64,000 bases of DNA. Origin: an uncultured delta proteobacterium. GTDB lineage: Bacteria; Myxococcota_A; Polyangia; Polyangiales; B10-G4. Below are positions 1 to 9,703 of the stretch, piece by piece (position 1 is the stretch's first letter; each line of letters opens with the position of its first letter). The translations under genes and the position numbers were made by a program. The notes below the pieces were generated by a model that ran no database searches, was not told the origin of the DNA, and saw only the letters and a program-made list of their open reading frames with translations. The stretch is from positions 160,001 through 224,000 of the forward strand of contig CAVSGI010000012.1 of assembly GCA_963727445.1 (NCBI GenBank). The letters are read 5' to 3'.

Positions 1-524
1 TCGTCATCCTCGACCTGATGCTCCCCGGCACCTACGGGATGGACCTGCTCAAGATCTATCGCGACCGATCCGACGTCCCGGTGCTGATCCTGAGCGCGCG
101 CAACGAGACCGCGGACAAGGTGCGCGGGCTCAAGCTCGGCGCCGACGACTACGTGACCAAGCCTTTCTGGCCCGAGGAGCTGGTGGCGCGGGTCACGGCG
201 CGCCTGAGGCGACCCATCCTGTCGCGCGGTGACGTACTGACGGTGGGGCCCTTTCAGATCGACACCGGCGCTCGCACGGCTGAGATCGAGGGCGAGCGTC
301 TCGAGCTGACGCCGTCCGAGTACGACATCCTCGCGACGCTCGCGCGAAGGCCGGACAACGCCATCACCCGGACGGCGCTGGTCGAGGCCGCCCTCGACCT
401 CGGCTCCGAGCGCACCCTCGACGTCCATGTCTCGCGGCTCCGCAAGAAGCTCGGCGACCGCGGCAAGCACATCGAGACCGTCTGGGGCATCGGCTACCGC
501 CTCGCTTCCAAGCTCGAGGAGTGA
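1..524 (+). CDS. OmpR/PhoB-family response regulator (5' end outside window)
   Basis: VILDLMLPG...GADDYVTKPF receiver motifs; winged-helix C-terminus RTLDVHVSRLRKKL...IETVWGIGYR. Confidence 0.95.
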   Translation, partial: VILDLMLPGTYGMDLLKIYRDRSDVPVLILSARNETADKVRGLKLGADDYVTKPFWPEELVARVTARLRRPILSRGDVLTVGPFQIDTGARTAEIEGERLELTPSEYDILATLARRPDNAITRTALVEAALDLGSERTLDVHVSRLRKKLGDRGKHIETVWGIGYRLASKLEE

Positions 525-528
525 GGCC

Positions 529-2028
529 GTGAAGCTCCGGCTGAAGGGCCGTCTGGCCCTCACTCTGGCGGTGGCCATCGTGCCCTTCGCCGTCGTGGTC
601 GCGCTCTTTCAGGTGCGCGCGCAGAGGAACGCCTTCGAGGAGCAGACCGCCGGGCTCGTCCGCGAGCGCATGATCACCACGGAGCGTGTCGCCTGCGAGT
701 CGAACCCGGAGATCTGGCCGATGGCGGCGCTGCCTCCGCCCGCTTTCCGACCGCCAGGGATGCGGAAGAATCGGGGACGCTTCACCGAGCAGCGGCGGCA
801 GCGCTTCGAGCGGCGCATGCAGCGCATCCAGCGCGAGATGGAACGTCGGGCTCCCGAGCTCGCCTACTTCGCGTACGGGCCGGATTTCCAGAGCGAGAAC
901 CCCGAAGCGCCACCTTTCCCCGGGGAGCTGGCAAGAGAGCTCGATGAGGGCGAGCTCCAGGCGAGCATCGCGGCCCCGGAGCACGAAGGGATGCAGCTCG
1001 TCGCAGCGCGCATGCCCTGGGATGACGGACCTTGTTCCATCGTCCTCGTTCGCCGGCCGGGGGTTCGCGCGGGCGTGGTGTTCCGGCGCGCGCTGGTCCC
1101 GGCGCTCCTCATGTCGCTCCTCGCGGTGGTCATCGCCATCTTCGCCGCCGCGCCCATCGTGCGACGTATCAACCGGCTCACCTCGGCGGTCCGCGCGGCG
1201 GACGACGCGCCCGACGCCACGGTCGAAGTGAAGGGCAGCGACGAGATCGCCGACCTGTCGCGTGCCTTCGACGAGCGGCGCGCGCGCATTCGCGAGCACG
1301 TGGCGGCGATCGAGGCGCGCGACGAGACCCTGCGCAGCTACGTCGCCAACACCACTCACGACGTCATGCTGCCTCTCACCGTGATCCAGGGTCATCTGGC
1401 CACCCTCGAGCGCGATGTCGACGCGGGGAAGGACGTGGACCCCTCGCGCATCGCCCAGGCCCTCGAGGAGTGCCACTACCTCGGCTCCCTGGTCCACAAC
1501 CTCAACGTGGCGGCGAAGCTGGAGACCGGCGAGGCCGCAGCGGAGATGCACGAGGTGGATCTCGACGACGTGGTCGAGCGGGTGATCGGACGGAACTCCC
1601 CCTACGCCTCCAAACGAGACGTGAGCCTCGATCACGCCGTCCCGGAATCTCCGACCCTCATCACCGCGGACGTCACTTTGATTGAGCAGGCCATCGGCAA
1701 CGTCGTGCACAACGCCATTCGCTACAACAAGGCCGGCGGTCACGTGGCGGTGGTCCTCGAGGCCCACGACGGACGCTTCGAGGTGCGCGTCATGGATGAC
1801 GGTCCCGGGCTACCCGAGGCCGAGCTCTCACGCATCACCGAGCGCGGTTTCCGGGGTGACCACGCGCGGACCCGTCATCCCACGGGCACCGGCCTCGGTC
1901 TTTCAATCACCAAGGACGTGTGCCTGCGCCACGGCTTCGACCTGGCCTTCCAAAGGCCCGAGGAGGGCGGGCTCACGGTGACGATCGCGGGCCCGCTCGG
2001 CTCACCTCACTCGCACACACCCTCGTAG
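529..2028 (+). CDS. HAMP-domain sensor histidine kinase
   Basis: Two TM segments, HAMP, H-box (THDVMLPLT), N-box (NVVHNAIRY), DDGPG and GTGLGL; GTG start right after the regulator stop. Confidence 0.93.
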   Translation: MKLRLKGRLALTLAVAIVPFAVVVALFQVRAQRNAFEEQTAGLVRERMITTERVACESNPEIWPMAALPPPAFRPPGMRKNRGRFTEQRRQRFERRMQRIQREMERRAPELAYFAYGPDFQSENPEAPPFPGELARELDEGELQASIAAPEHEGMQLVAARMPWDDGPCSIVLVRRPGVRAGVVFRRALVPALLMSLLAVVIAIFAAAPIVRRINRLTSAVRAADDAPDATVEVKGSDEIADLSRAFDERRARIREHVAAIEARDETLRSYVANTTHDVMLPLTVIQGHLATLERDVDAGKDVDPSRIAQALEECHYLGSLVHNLNVAAKLETGEAAAEMHEVDLDDVVERVIGRNSPYASKRDVSLDHAVPESPTLITADVTLIEQAIGNVVHNAIRYNKAGGHVAVVLEAHDGRFEVRVMDDGPGLPEAELSRITERGFRGDHARTRHPTGTGLGLSITKDVCLRHGFDLAFQRPEEGGLTVTIAGPLGSPHSHTPS

Positions 2029-3950
2029 CCACAGCGAAAGTCGCGGGCGACCTCGGGGCTGGGGGTCGCGAGGAAGGGGAGGATGTCCTCCGGGAGGACG
2101 GACTGGACCGCCTCGCGGTGCTCGGGGGCCACGTCGATGGCGCCCGGGTAGACCGTGACGTAGACCGAGCGCTCCACGTAGGCCAGCTGCGCCGCGTCGA
2201 GCTCGCTCCCGTCGAACCAGCCGTGGCCGTCCACGCTCGCGGTGTAGCGATCGTAGAAGGCGCGCTCCTCCGGGTGCTCCTGGCTGTCGACGTTCGCCAT
2301 CGCGTAGAGGTGCGCGAGGAGCGCCATCCGGTGCCGGGGCATCGAGCGCTGGAATTCGTTCTCGGCGCAGCGGATCGCGTTGCGCTGGATGTTGTCGTCG
2401 CTCCGCGCCGCTGCCAGGTCGCGCGAGTGCCGGATGCGCTCGTCCGAGGACAGGTGCATCCAGGTGCTCTCGTCGGTGCGGTAAGGCTTGTTCATCATCG
2501 CCATGTAGAGGTTCTTCTCGCGCTCGGCGAGCTCACCGTCGGCCCAGATCATGGCCTGGAAGGCCTCGAACATGCAGTCGCGGGGCGCTGGCGCCGCGAG
2601 GTAGCTGGTGCCGTCCATCATCATGTCGGCGAACCAACGCTTCGCGGTGGTCTCGACGTGCCGGCCGACGCCGATGGTCGCCGCGTAGTCGAGCGCGCCC
2701 GAGGCCAGAACCGCGAGGCCCAGGGTGGCGTAACCGAGGAGCTGCGAGCCGACGCCCCGGGCGCCCTCGCGAAGCGCCGCCTCGGCGATCTGCTCCTGCG
2801 ACCTGCGGGAGAAGATACGCAGCAGCAGGGTCACGGAGCGCTGGGCGAGCTCGTGCTCGAGCTCGTGCAAGGGAAGCGTCAGGCCGAGGCGCCGAGCGAC
2901 GGCGCGGGCCACGATGGGCATCACCGCGTTGGCGGCGAAGACGTCTGCGATCTCGGTGAGCGTGCCGACGGTCATCACCATCAGGCTCACGGTGAAGAGG
3001 TTGCGGCCCTCACGGATGTCCCAGCCGTGAACGGCGGCGATCTCGAAGGCCATCTGCGCGTGGAGCTGGAAGAGCTTGTAGGTCTCGTGGGCGATGCTGA
3101 TCGGCACACCGGCGATGGGGATGAGCGATTCGGCACCGGCGACCACGCCGACCTGGGCTGCGGCCCACTTGTAGTGGTCGATGATGCGGTCGACCTGCTC
3201 GTCGCGCGAGAGCCCGAGGGGGATCACGATGTCGTGATCGGGATCGTAGGTGCCGAAGTTCGTGGCGTTGACGACGTTGTAGTCGCGCTCGAGGACGCCG
3301 CTCGCCTCGAGCATCCAGGCGTAGGCCTTGCCCATCGCTCCGTCCTCGCGGATCAGGTTCAGGCTCTCCTGCATCCCCGCGGTGAAGAAGGGGTTGTCGG
3401 CACCGGTGTCGCTGCCGCCGCCACCGCCGCCGTCGGCTGGATCGTCGGCGGAGCCCTCGAGGTCGTGCTCGGCGCGGCGCCCGACGGGGACCATGTTCGC
3501 GGCGTAGTGCGTGGCGCGCACGCGGTGCATGACGCTGTGCTCGATCTCGGCGAGCTGACCGATGGCGTCCTCGGGAAGCATGTCGTCCGGAAGCGTCGCG
3601 ACTTCTCCTGCGACGCGGTCGAGCTCCGCCCGCTCTTCGTCGGTCAGCTTGTGATCGAGCTGCCGGGCGAGATCGACGATGGTGCCGAGCGCGGTCGGCA
3701 TGTGCCCCTGGTGGAGATACACGTCGTTTTCGACGCGCATCATCAGGCGCATCGTGTCTTGGTCGGCGCTGTTCCAGCAGAGGTCGCTCGAAGGATCGCA
3801 ACCACCTTCGTCGGCCTTGGACCCGATCCCGAAGTCGAGCTCTTCCTCTTCCGTGGCCTCCGTCGGCGCGGCACATGCCCCCGCCAGCACCGCCACGATC
3901 AGTAGCGAACGAATGGACGTGCTGCGATTCTGCTTGGGTCGGTGGGTCAT
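2007..3950 (-). CDS. Lipoprotein with EcsC-like central region and TerB-like C-terminal helices
   Basis: Lipobox LAGAC, myxobacterial GSKAD motif, AESLIPIAG...QMAFEIAAVHGWD (EcsC-like), MIWADGELAERE and MANVDSQEHPEE (TerB-like). Confidence 0.6.
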   Translation of the reverse strand: MTHRPKQNRSTSIRSLLIVAVLAGACAAPTEATEEEELDFGIGSKADEGGCDPSSDLCWNSADQDTMRLMMRVENDVYLHQGHMPTALGTIVDLARQLDHKLTDEERAELDRVAGEVATLPDDMLPEDAIGQLAEIEHSVMHRVRATHYAANMVPVGRRAEHDLEGSADDPADGGGGGGSDTGADNPFFTAGMQESLNLIREDGAMGKAYAWMLEASGVLERDYNVVNATNFGTYDPDHDIVIPLGLSRDEQVDRIIDHYKWAAAQVGVVAGAESLIPIAGVPISIAHETYKLFQLHAQMAFEIAAVHGWDIREGRNLFTVSLMVMTVGTLTEIADVFAANAVMPIVARAVARRLGLTLPLHELEHELAQRSVTLLLRIFSRRSQEQIAEAALREGARGVGSQLLGYATLGLAVLASGALDYAATIGVGRHVETTAKRWFADMMMDGTSYLAAPAPRDCMFEAFQAMIWADGELAEREKNLYMAMMNKPYRTDESTWMHLSSDERIRHSRDLAAARSDDNIQRNAIRCAENEFQRSMPRHRMALLAHLYAMANVDSQEHPEERAFYDRYTASVDGHGWFDGSELDAAQLAYVERSVYVTVYPGAIDVAPEHREAVQSVLPEDILPFLATPSPEVARDFRCGYEGVCE

Positions 3951-4094
3951 GCTCGTCTCTGCTCCGAGCCCCCACTTTTCATGGGTCGTGCCAGACGAGA
4001 CCGCCCGTAATCATGGACGAAGTGCGCTCGCCAGCGGAAGCTCGCCTAGCCGATTTCCGCCGATCGGCTCCTGGCTCGGCCACCCCGGGCGGGC

Positions 4095-4952
4095 TCAGAG
4101 GCGCGTGCGGGCCCAGGCGATGCGCGACGCGTTGCCGGTCCGATAGGCACCGTCGCCGCCATTTTCCACGATGCGCATGAGCACGGCGTCGGGGTGGTGG
4201 TCGAGGTCGGTGCTCGGGAGGTCCTCTGAAACATGGTCGAGCTCACCGAGGTCCCGCATGGAGACGATCTCCCAGCCCGAGACCTCCCCCCGGCGCACGC
4301 GTCGCAGGAAACGACCGAGGCGGTGAAGGCGGACGGAAGCGACCAGGGTCAGGAGCGATCCCACGGCGACGATGAAGCCGAGCAAGTACGGGAGCGCTCC
4401 GAAGGGGAACGCGAAGAGCATGCCGAAGAGGGACGCGACGGCGAGGGTGCCAGAGGTCGCGCGCATGGCGCGGTCGGGGCCGTCGAGGGTCGGCTCCTGA
4501 CGAAGCTCGGCCACGACGTACATCGGGCCGACCAGCGCCACGGCCCACAAGGCGCCGAGCGGCAAGGAGTAGATCAGACCGAAGACGGCCGACAGGAAGA
4601 CCGCTCCCACGAGATCGCCGGGCCCCATGTGGCCGCCCAGGGCCGACACCGCGGTGAAGCACGCGGGGCAGTTGAGCGCCGCGAAGAGCATCGCCGCACC
4701 GAAGGTGGCGAGGGCGACCGTACCAGGGGTCTTGGCGCGAAGGGCGAGGCGAAGCGCCGCGTAGGTCAGCGCGCCGGTGATCGTTCCGATCGCGACGAGC
4801 TGCGCCGTGGAGAAGGGCGCGCCGAAGAGCCCGTGGGAGAAGACGCTGCCGATGACGACGACGCCGATCAGCCCGCTCACCACCGAGAAGGGCCAGACGA
4901 CCCAGCCCTCGAGCCTGCGCGTCACTCCGGTCCGTGTGGGACTGTGGATCAT
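4095..4952 (-). CDS. Multi-pass membrane protein, paralog of the upstream gene
   Basis: Several hydrophobic helices; LNCPAC, LPLGALW and PTLDGPDRAMR motifs shared with 4963-5857; start chosen just after the paralog stop. Confidence 0.7.
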   Translation of the reverse strand: MIHSPTRTGVTRRLEGWVVWPFSVVSGLIGVVVIGSVFSHGLFGAPFSTAQLVAIGTITGALTYAALRLALRAKTPGTVALATFGAAMLFAALNCPACFTAVSALGGHMGPGDLVGAVFLSAVFGLIYSLPLGALWAVALVGPMYVVAELRQEPTLDGPDRAMRATSGTLAVASLFGMLFAFPFGALPYLLGFIVAVGSLLTLVASVRLHRLGRFLRRVRRGEVSGWEIVSMRDLGELDHVSEDLPSTDLDHHPDAVLMRIVENGGDGAYRTGNASRIAWARTRL

Positions 4953-4962
4953 CCTTCGCTCG

Positions 4963-5857
4963 TCATACGCTCGCATCGACTGCCTCATTCCCGAGCGAGA
5001 TCGCCCACAACACCCGGGCTTCGGGCTCGCGATAGGTCGCCGAGCTCTCCGGGACCCGAACCAGGAGCACATTCGGCCGCACATCGGCGTCGCGATGGAT
5101 GCAGAGGAGCTCGGGGACCGCGGATTCGGGATGTTCGCGGAGCATCCAGCCCCGCTCCGCACCCGCGGCCACCCGGGCGAGCCAGCGCCTGGTTCGGTGA
5201 AGCGGAGATCGCGGCGCCGATGAAGGCGGCGATCGAGAGGAGGGTACCGATGAAGAAGACGGCGGGCGGCACGACGGGGGCGTCGAGGGTGGTGGCGAGC
5301 CCGCCCGCGATGAGCATCCCTGCTGCGAGCGTGAGCGCCACGCCGCGCAGGGCGCGTGCGGGAGTGTCGATCGTGGGCCGTCTTCGTAGCGCGCCGAGGC
5401 GCGCCATCACGGGCGCCAGCATGACGCCGTAGATGCCGCCGAAGGGCAGGGCGACGAAGGCCCCGAGAAACAAGCCGAGGACCGGCGACCACAGGATGGT
5501 GCGAAACCCATCGGAGACCTCGGATGCGTGGGTGACGGACCACGCGAAGAGGCACGCGGGCGAGTTCAACCATCCGAAGGCGAGACACAGAACAGTCGTG
5601 CGCCGGCTGATGCTTTCCGCGGACAGGGCGAGGTTGAGCGCGGCCATCGTCATCCCGGCGGTGATGCACCCGTACATCACGTGCTCCCACGCCGGGACCA
5701 TCACCTCGCAGAGACAGTCGTGCGAGAACTCTGCCCACCCCCGACGAAGTGGCGCGATCAACAGGGCGCCGACCAGACCTCCCGTGAGCCCCAACGGCAC
5801 CACGCCCAGCCACCAGATCCGTCGCCGCATCTCGTCGGGAGTCGAAGGGCCCACCAT
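4963..5857 (-). CDS. Multi-pass membrane protein with a frameshift near 5205
   Basis: LNSPAC, LPFGGIY, PTIDTPARALR; the C-terminus homologous to the paralog (LHRTRRWLARVAAGAERGW...ATYR) continues in another frame to the stop at 4963. Confidence 0.65.
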
Positions 5858-5979
5858 CTCTCCTGTATGGCCGACAGCTCGGCGCGCCGCCGGTATTCCC
5901 CGGTGAGCGGTCGTGGCCGCGTCGCGAACGGTCTCTGGCCGAAAACGACCGGGGCCGACCTTTGCTATTCTGAGGCGGC

Positions 5980-6990
5980 ATGCGTCGTTCCATCTTCGTC
6001 ATCCCCCTCCTCGCGCTCGTCCTCGTCGCGCTGCCCGACTCGCTCCCCAGTCGCGCTGGCGCACAGGAGACCACCACGCTCCGTCTGGCCACGCTCGCAC
6101 CGCGCGGCACGGCGATGGAGCGGGCCTTCGCGCGCTGGAACCAGCAACTCTCCGAGCGCACCGGCGGCCGACTTCGCATCCGCGTCTACTACGGCGGTGC
6201 GGCCGGCGACGAGCGCACCGTGGTGCGCAAGATGCGAAGCAGCCAGCTCGACATGGCCGCGGTGACCACCACTGGGCTCGGCATGATCGTGCGCCAGGCG
6301 ATGGTGCTGTCGGCGCCGGGCGTGATCGAGACCTATCCTCAGCTCGACGCCGTGCGCAACGCCCTCGCGCCCGAGCTCGCTCAGGAGTTCGAGGACGCCG
6401 ACTTCAAATTGCTCGGATGGGGCGACGCCGGCATGGTGCGGCTCTTCTCGAAGCGCCGGATCCTCCGTCCCCAGGACATGCGTTCGGCGCGCGTGTGGGT
6501 GTGGCGGGACAACCCGGTCTTCGTCGCCACCCTCGAGGCGATGGGCGTTCGCGGCGTACCTCTCGCGCTCCCCGAGGTGCTGAGCGGCCTGTCGACCGGA
6601 CGCATCGACACCTTCCCCTCGAGCGCGCTCGCGGCGGTGGGGTTGCAGTGGTACACGCAGGCGGACTACGTCTCGGCACAGGGGTCGGGGATCGTCGTCG
6701 GCGCGATGGTGATCAAGAAGTCGGTCTTCGACGGGCTCGACGCCGACATGCAGGCCGCGCTGGTCGAGACCGCACACGCGAGCGAGCGACGCCTGCAGCG
6801 CGGGGTGCGCACCTTCGACCAGCGCGCCTACGAAACGCTGGTGCGTCGCGGCATGCACGCCGTCGACGCCGAGGCCCATCGGGCCGAGTGGGAGGCGGTC
6901 GGGGAGCGCGCGCGTCGCAACCTCACCGGGCGACTCTTTCAGCCCGAGATCCTCGCGCGCGTCGAGCGGATCGCGGCGCAGCACCACTGA
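5980..6990 (+). CDS. dctP: TRAP transporter substrate-binding protein (DctP family)
   Basis: Signal peptide; LRLATLAPRGT, GGAAGDERTVVRKMR and EVLSGLSTGRID motifs. Confidence 0.88.
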   Translation: MRRSIFVIPLLALVLVALPDSLPSRAGAQETTTLRLATLAPRGTAMERAFARWNQQLSERTGGRLRIRVYYGGAAGDERTVVRKMRSSQLDMAAVTTTGLGMIVRQAMVLSAPGVIETYPQLDAVRNALAPELAQEFEDADFKLLGWGDAGMVRLFSKRRILRPQDMRSARVWVWRDNPVFVATLEAMGVRGVPLALPEVLSGLSTGRIDTFPSSALAAVGLQWYTQADYVSAQGSGIVVGAMVIKKSVFDGLDADMQAALVETAHASERRLQRGVRTFDQRAYETLVRRGMHAVDAEAHRAEWEAVGERARRNLTGRLFQPEILARVERIAAQHH

Positions 6991-7004
6991 GCGGTCGCGG
7001 GCGC

Positions 7005-7236
7005 TCACGGCCTGCAGCCCCAGAACTCCCACGACGCGTCCGCGTCGTAGGAGGTCCTGCCGCTCATGTTCGCGTAGGTGAAGGCGGTCACGTTGCGGCG
7101 GACCATCCCGCACCGTGACGAAGTCGACACCTGGCGTGAGATCGGTGCGCGCTTCGACGATCAGACGATGCCCGCCATCATCGCAACCGGCGACGGCGAC
7201 GAGGGCCGCGAGGGCGATTGGCAGGCCGGCGCGCAC
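7005..7236 (-). pseudogene. Lipoprotein gene remnant (N-terminus joined out of frame to a C-terminal fragment)
   Basis: MRAGLPIALAALVAVAGC lipobox and RLIVEARTDLTPGVDFVTVR; another frame then reads VRRNVTAFTYANMSGRTSYDADASWEFWGCRP-stop(7005). Confidence 0.45.
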
Positions 7237-7261
7237 CGACGGGGGGATAGCAGAGGCGATC

Positions 7262-9703
7262 TCAGCTCTCGGCGTCGACCTTCGGGGGCTCGGGGTCCGG
7301 CACGGTCACGTCCGCAGGCGCGTTCGGGAGCGTGTCCTTCACCGTCGCCGTCGCCGCCGCTGGCGGGACCTCTCGTTCGGGCGGAGGTCGGGACGGCGGC
7401 TTCGAAGGCGGCCGCGACGGCTTCGGCGGTCGTACGCTCCCACCCTCGACTCCGAGACTCCCCTCGGTGGTCGGCGCATCGAAGAGCACCGGCTCGCCCG
7501 AGAAGTTGCGCGCGCTGTGCACCAGAAGCGTGGTCGGCAGGCGCTCGAGGATGGTGTTCATCCGTTCGAAGAAGGGCCCGGTTGGCTTGTCCTGATCCGG
7601 GAGCACGAAGCCGACGATCGCGAGATCGGCCTCGTCGGACTCGACATACATGATGTCGGGGATGCTGCGACCCTGGCGGAGGATCACGCGCGCCTGAGCG
7701 TCGAGGCGCGCCTGCGCCAACAGGTTCTTCAGGTTCTCTTGCGCGCGGCCGCGATCCTCGTCCCGGTTCACGACCGTGAGCACGGTGATGCGCGCGTTTC
7801 GCCAGCGGTAGTGAGCCGTGAGCAGGAACGCGAGCAGGAGCATGAGCCCCCCATTGCCCGCGAGGCCGCCCCACCAGATGTGGATCTCCTTGCCGTCGCC
7901 GAATTGCCGCTTGTCCTCGTACTTGACCAGGAGCAGGGAGCGGTCGAGGGTGACCAGATCGCGCAGCATGCTCACGTAGGCGTCGCTGCGCTCCTCTTTC
8001 TTCGGCCAGCCGAGCATCACCGAGTTCGCTTCGAAGCTGCCGATGCCGTAGCCCTGGGCTGTCGAGACCGCGCCGTCGTAGATGTCGTCCACGATGTCCA
8101 CGCGGTAGAAGACGTTCGGGAATTTCTCGGCGACCTTGGGCTCGTAGGTGTCGAAGAGATCCTTGCGGGTCTTCGCCATGTCGAGCACCGCGCCCTTGAG
8201 CAGGTGGAAGTACGTGACGATGCCGCGGTCCTGGACGATCGAGTTGCCGAGGTGCAGCAGGTGCGCTCGCTTGTTCGGGTTGCCGCCCATGATGATCAGG
8301 TTCGGCCGCCAGTTGAGCGGGTGGAACTCGACGCGCCTCAGGCGATGCAGCGCGCTGCGCACGAGCGCGGCCCAGATGCCGTGCCGCGCATCACCATAGG
8401 TGGTTCCGAGGGCGCGCCGCTGTGCGACGATGAAGATGACCGCGCAGATGACGAGAGCGGCGAACATCGCCACCATGTCGATGATGCTCATCACGTAGAA
8501 GCACGCGAGCGCGCCGGCGATGCTGAGCCCCGCCGGGACTCGGAAGGTGGGGCGGAAGCTGGGGCTCGCCGCCCACTTCTCGAGACCGCACGCGAGGTTC
8601 GTCACGCCGTAGGTGGCGAGGAAGAACATCGTCAGAACCGGCGCGATCAGGTCGAGGCTGCCGAGGACGATGCCCGCCTGGGCGAGGGCGAAGGTCAGAA
8701 AGAGGGCGTTGCGCGGCTCGTTCGTCGCGCCGAAACCCTTGCCGAGGAAGCGCGGCGCGAGGCCGTCCATGGCGAGCGCCTGGAGCGTGCGGGGCGCGGT
8801 GAGGATCGAGCCGAGCGCGCTCGAGAGCGTGGCGCCCCAGACGCCGAGGTAGATGGTCGGCGCGAGGATGCCCGCGATGGAGAAGACCGAATCCAGCTCG
8901 CTGATCAGCTGCTCGTTCGTGCGGTTCATCGCGAGCCAGATGGGGAAGCCCATGTAGACGACGAAGCCGACGAAGATGGCGGCGAGGGTGCCGCGCGGCA
9001 GCGCCTTGCGTGGGTCTTTCAGGTCGCCGCTCATCCCGACGCCCGCCATGATCCCGGTGACCGCGGGGAAGAAGACGGCGAAGACCATGGAGACCGACTC
9101 TCCGTCGGGGTTGCTCCATTCGATGGGGCTCGCCATCGGCGCCATTCCGTCGGTGATGAAAGGACCTGCGACGAAGCCGACCAGGGAGATGGCGATGGCC
9201 GCCATCACGAAGTACTGCGCCTTGATCGCCAGGTCGGCGCTCTTCAGCGACAGCCCGGTCAACAGGACGTTGACCACGGTGCCCACCACGATCCCCGCCG
9301 AACCCGAGAGGAAGGGGAAGATCTGCTGGAGCGACTCGACGAAGCCGACGATGTAGAAGGTGACCGAGAGCGCCTGGGCGAAGAAGAGCGGCAAGCCGAT
9401 CGCCGCACCCGCCGCCGCGCCCAGCGAGCGGCTGATCATGAAATACGCGCCGCCCGCGCCGACCGTCCGGTTGGTCGCGATCGACGACACCGACAGGCCC
9501 GTCGCCAGCGTGATCAGGTGGGAGACGACCACGATGCCCAGGCACCAGGCGAGGCCCACCTGTCCGGTGACCCAGCCCATGCGCATGTACATGACGACGC
9601 CGAGGATCGTCAGGATCGAAGGGGTGAAGACCCCCGAGAAAGCGCCGAAGCGGCCGCCACCACCCTGCGTGGAGCCGTTCGTCTGGCCGGATTCGTCGCT
9701 CAC
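7262..9703 (-). CDS. Cation-chloride cotransporter (SLC12/CCC-like) amino-acid-permease family protein
   Basis: FGAFSGVFTPSILTILGVVMYMR, GGAYFMISRSLG, FFPAVTGIMAG, SPSFRPTF, NWRPN and IHIWW motifs. Confidence 0.9.
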   Translation of the reverse strand: MSDESGQTNGSTQGGGGRFGAFSGVFTPSILTILGVVMYMRMGWVTGQVGLAWCLGIVVVSHLITLATGLSVSSIATNRTVGAGGAYFMISRSLGAAAGAAIGLPLFFAQALSVTFYIVGFVESLQQIFPFLSGSAGIVVGTVVNVLLTGLSLKSADLAIKAQYFVMAAIAISLVGFVAGPFITDGMAPMASPIEWSNPDGESVSMVFAVFFPAVTGIMAGVGMSGDLKDPRKALPRGTLAAIFVGFVVYMGFPIWLAMNRTNEQLISELDSVFSIAGILAPTIYLGVWGATLSSALGSILTAPRTLQALAMDGLAPRFLGKGFGATNEPRNALFLTFALAQAGIVLGSLDLIAPVLTMFFLATYGVTNLACGLEKWAASPSFRPTFRVPAGLSIAGALACFYVMSIIDMVAMFAALVICAVIFIVAQRRALGTTYGDARHGIWAALVRSALHRLRRVEFHPLNWRPNLIIMGGNPNKRAHLLHLGNSIVQDRGIVTYFHLLKGAVLDMAKTRKDLFDTYEPKVAEKFPNVFYRVDIVDDIYDGAVSTAQGYGIGSFEANSVMLGWPKKEERSDAYVSMLRDLVTLDRSLLLVKYEDKRQFGDGKEIHIWWGGLAGNGGLMLLLAFLLTAHYRWRNARITVLTVVNRDEDRGRAQENLKNLLAQARLDAQARVILRQGRSIPDIMYVESDEADLAIVGFVLPDQDKPTGPFFERMNTILERLPTTLLVHSARNFSGEPVLFDAPTTEGSLGVEGGSVRPPKPSRPPSKPPSRPPPEREVPPAAATATVKDTLPNAPADVTVPDPEPPKVDAES

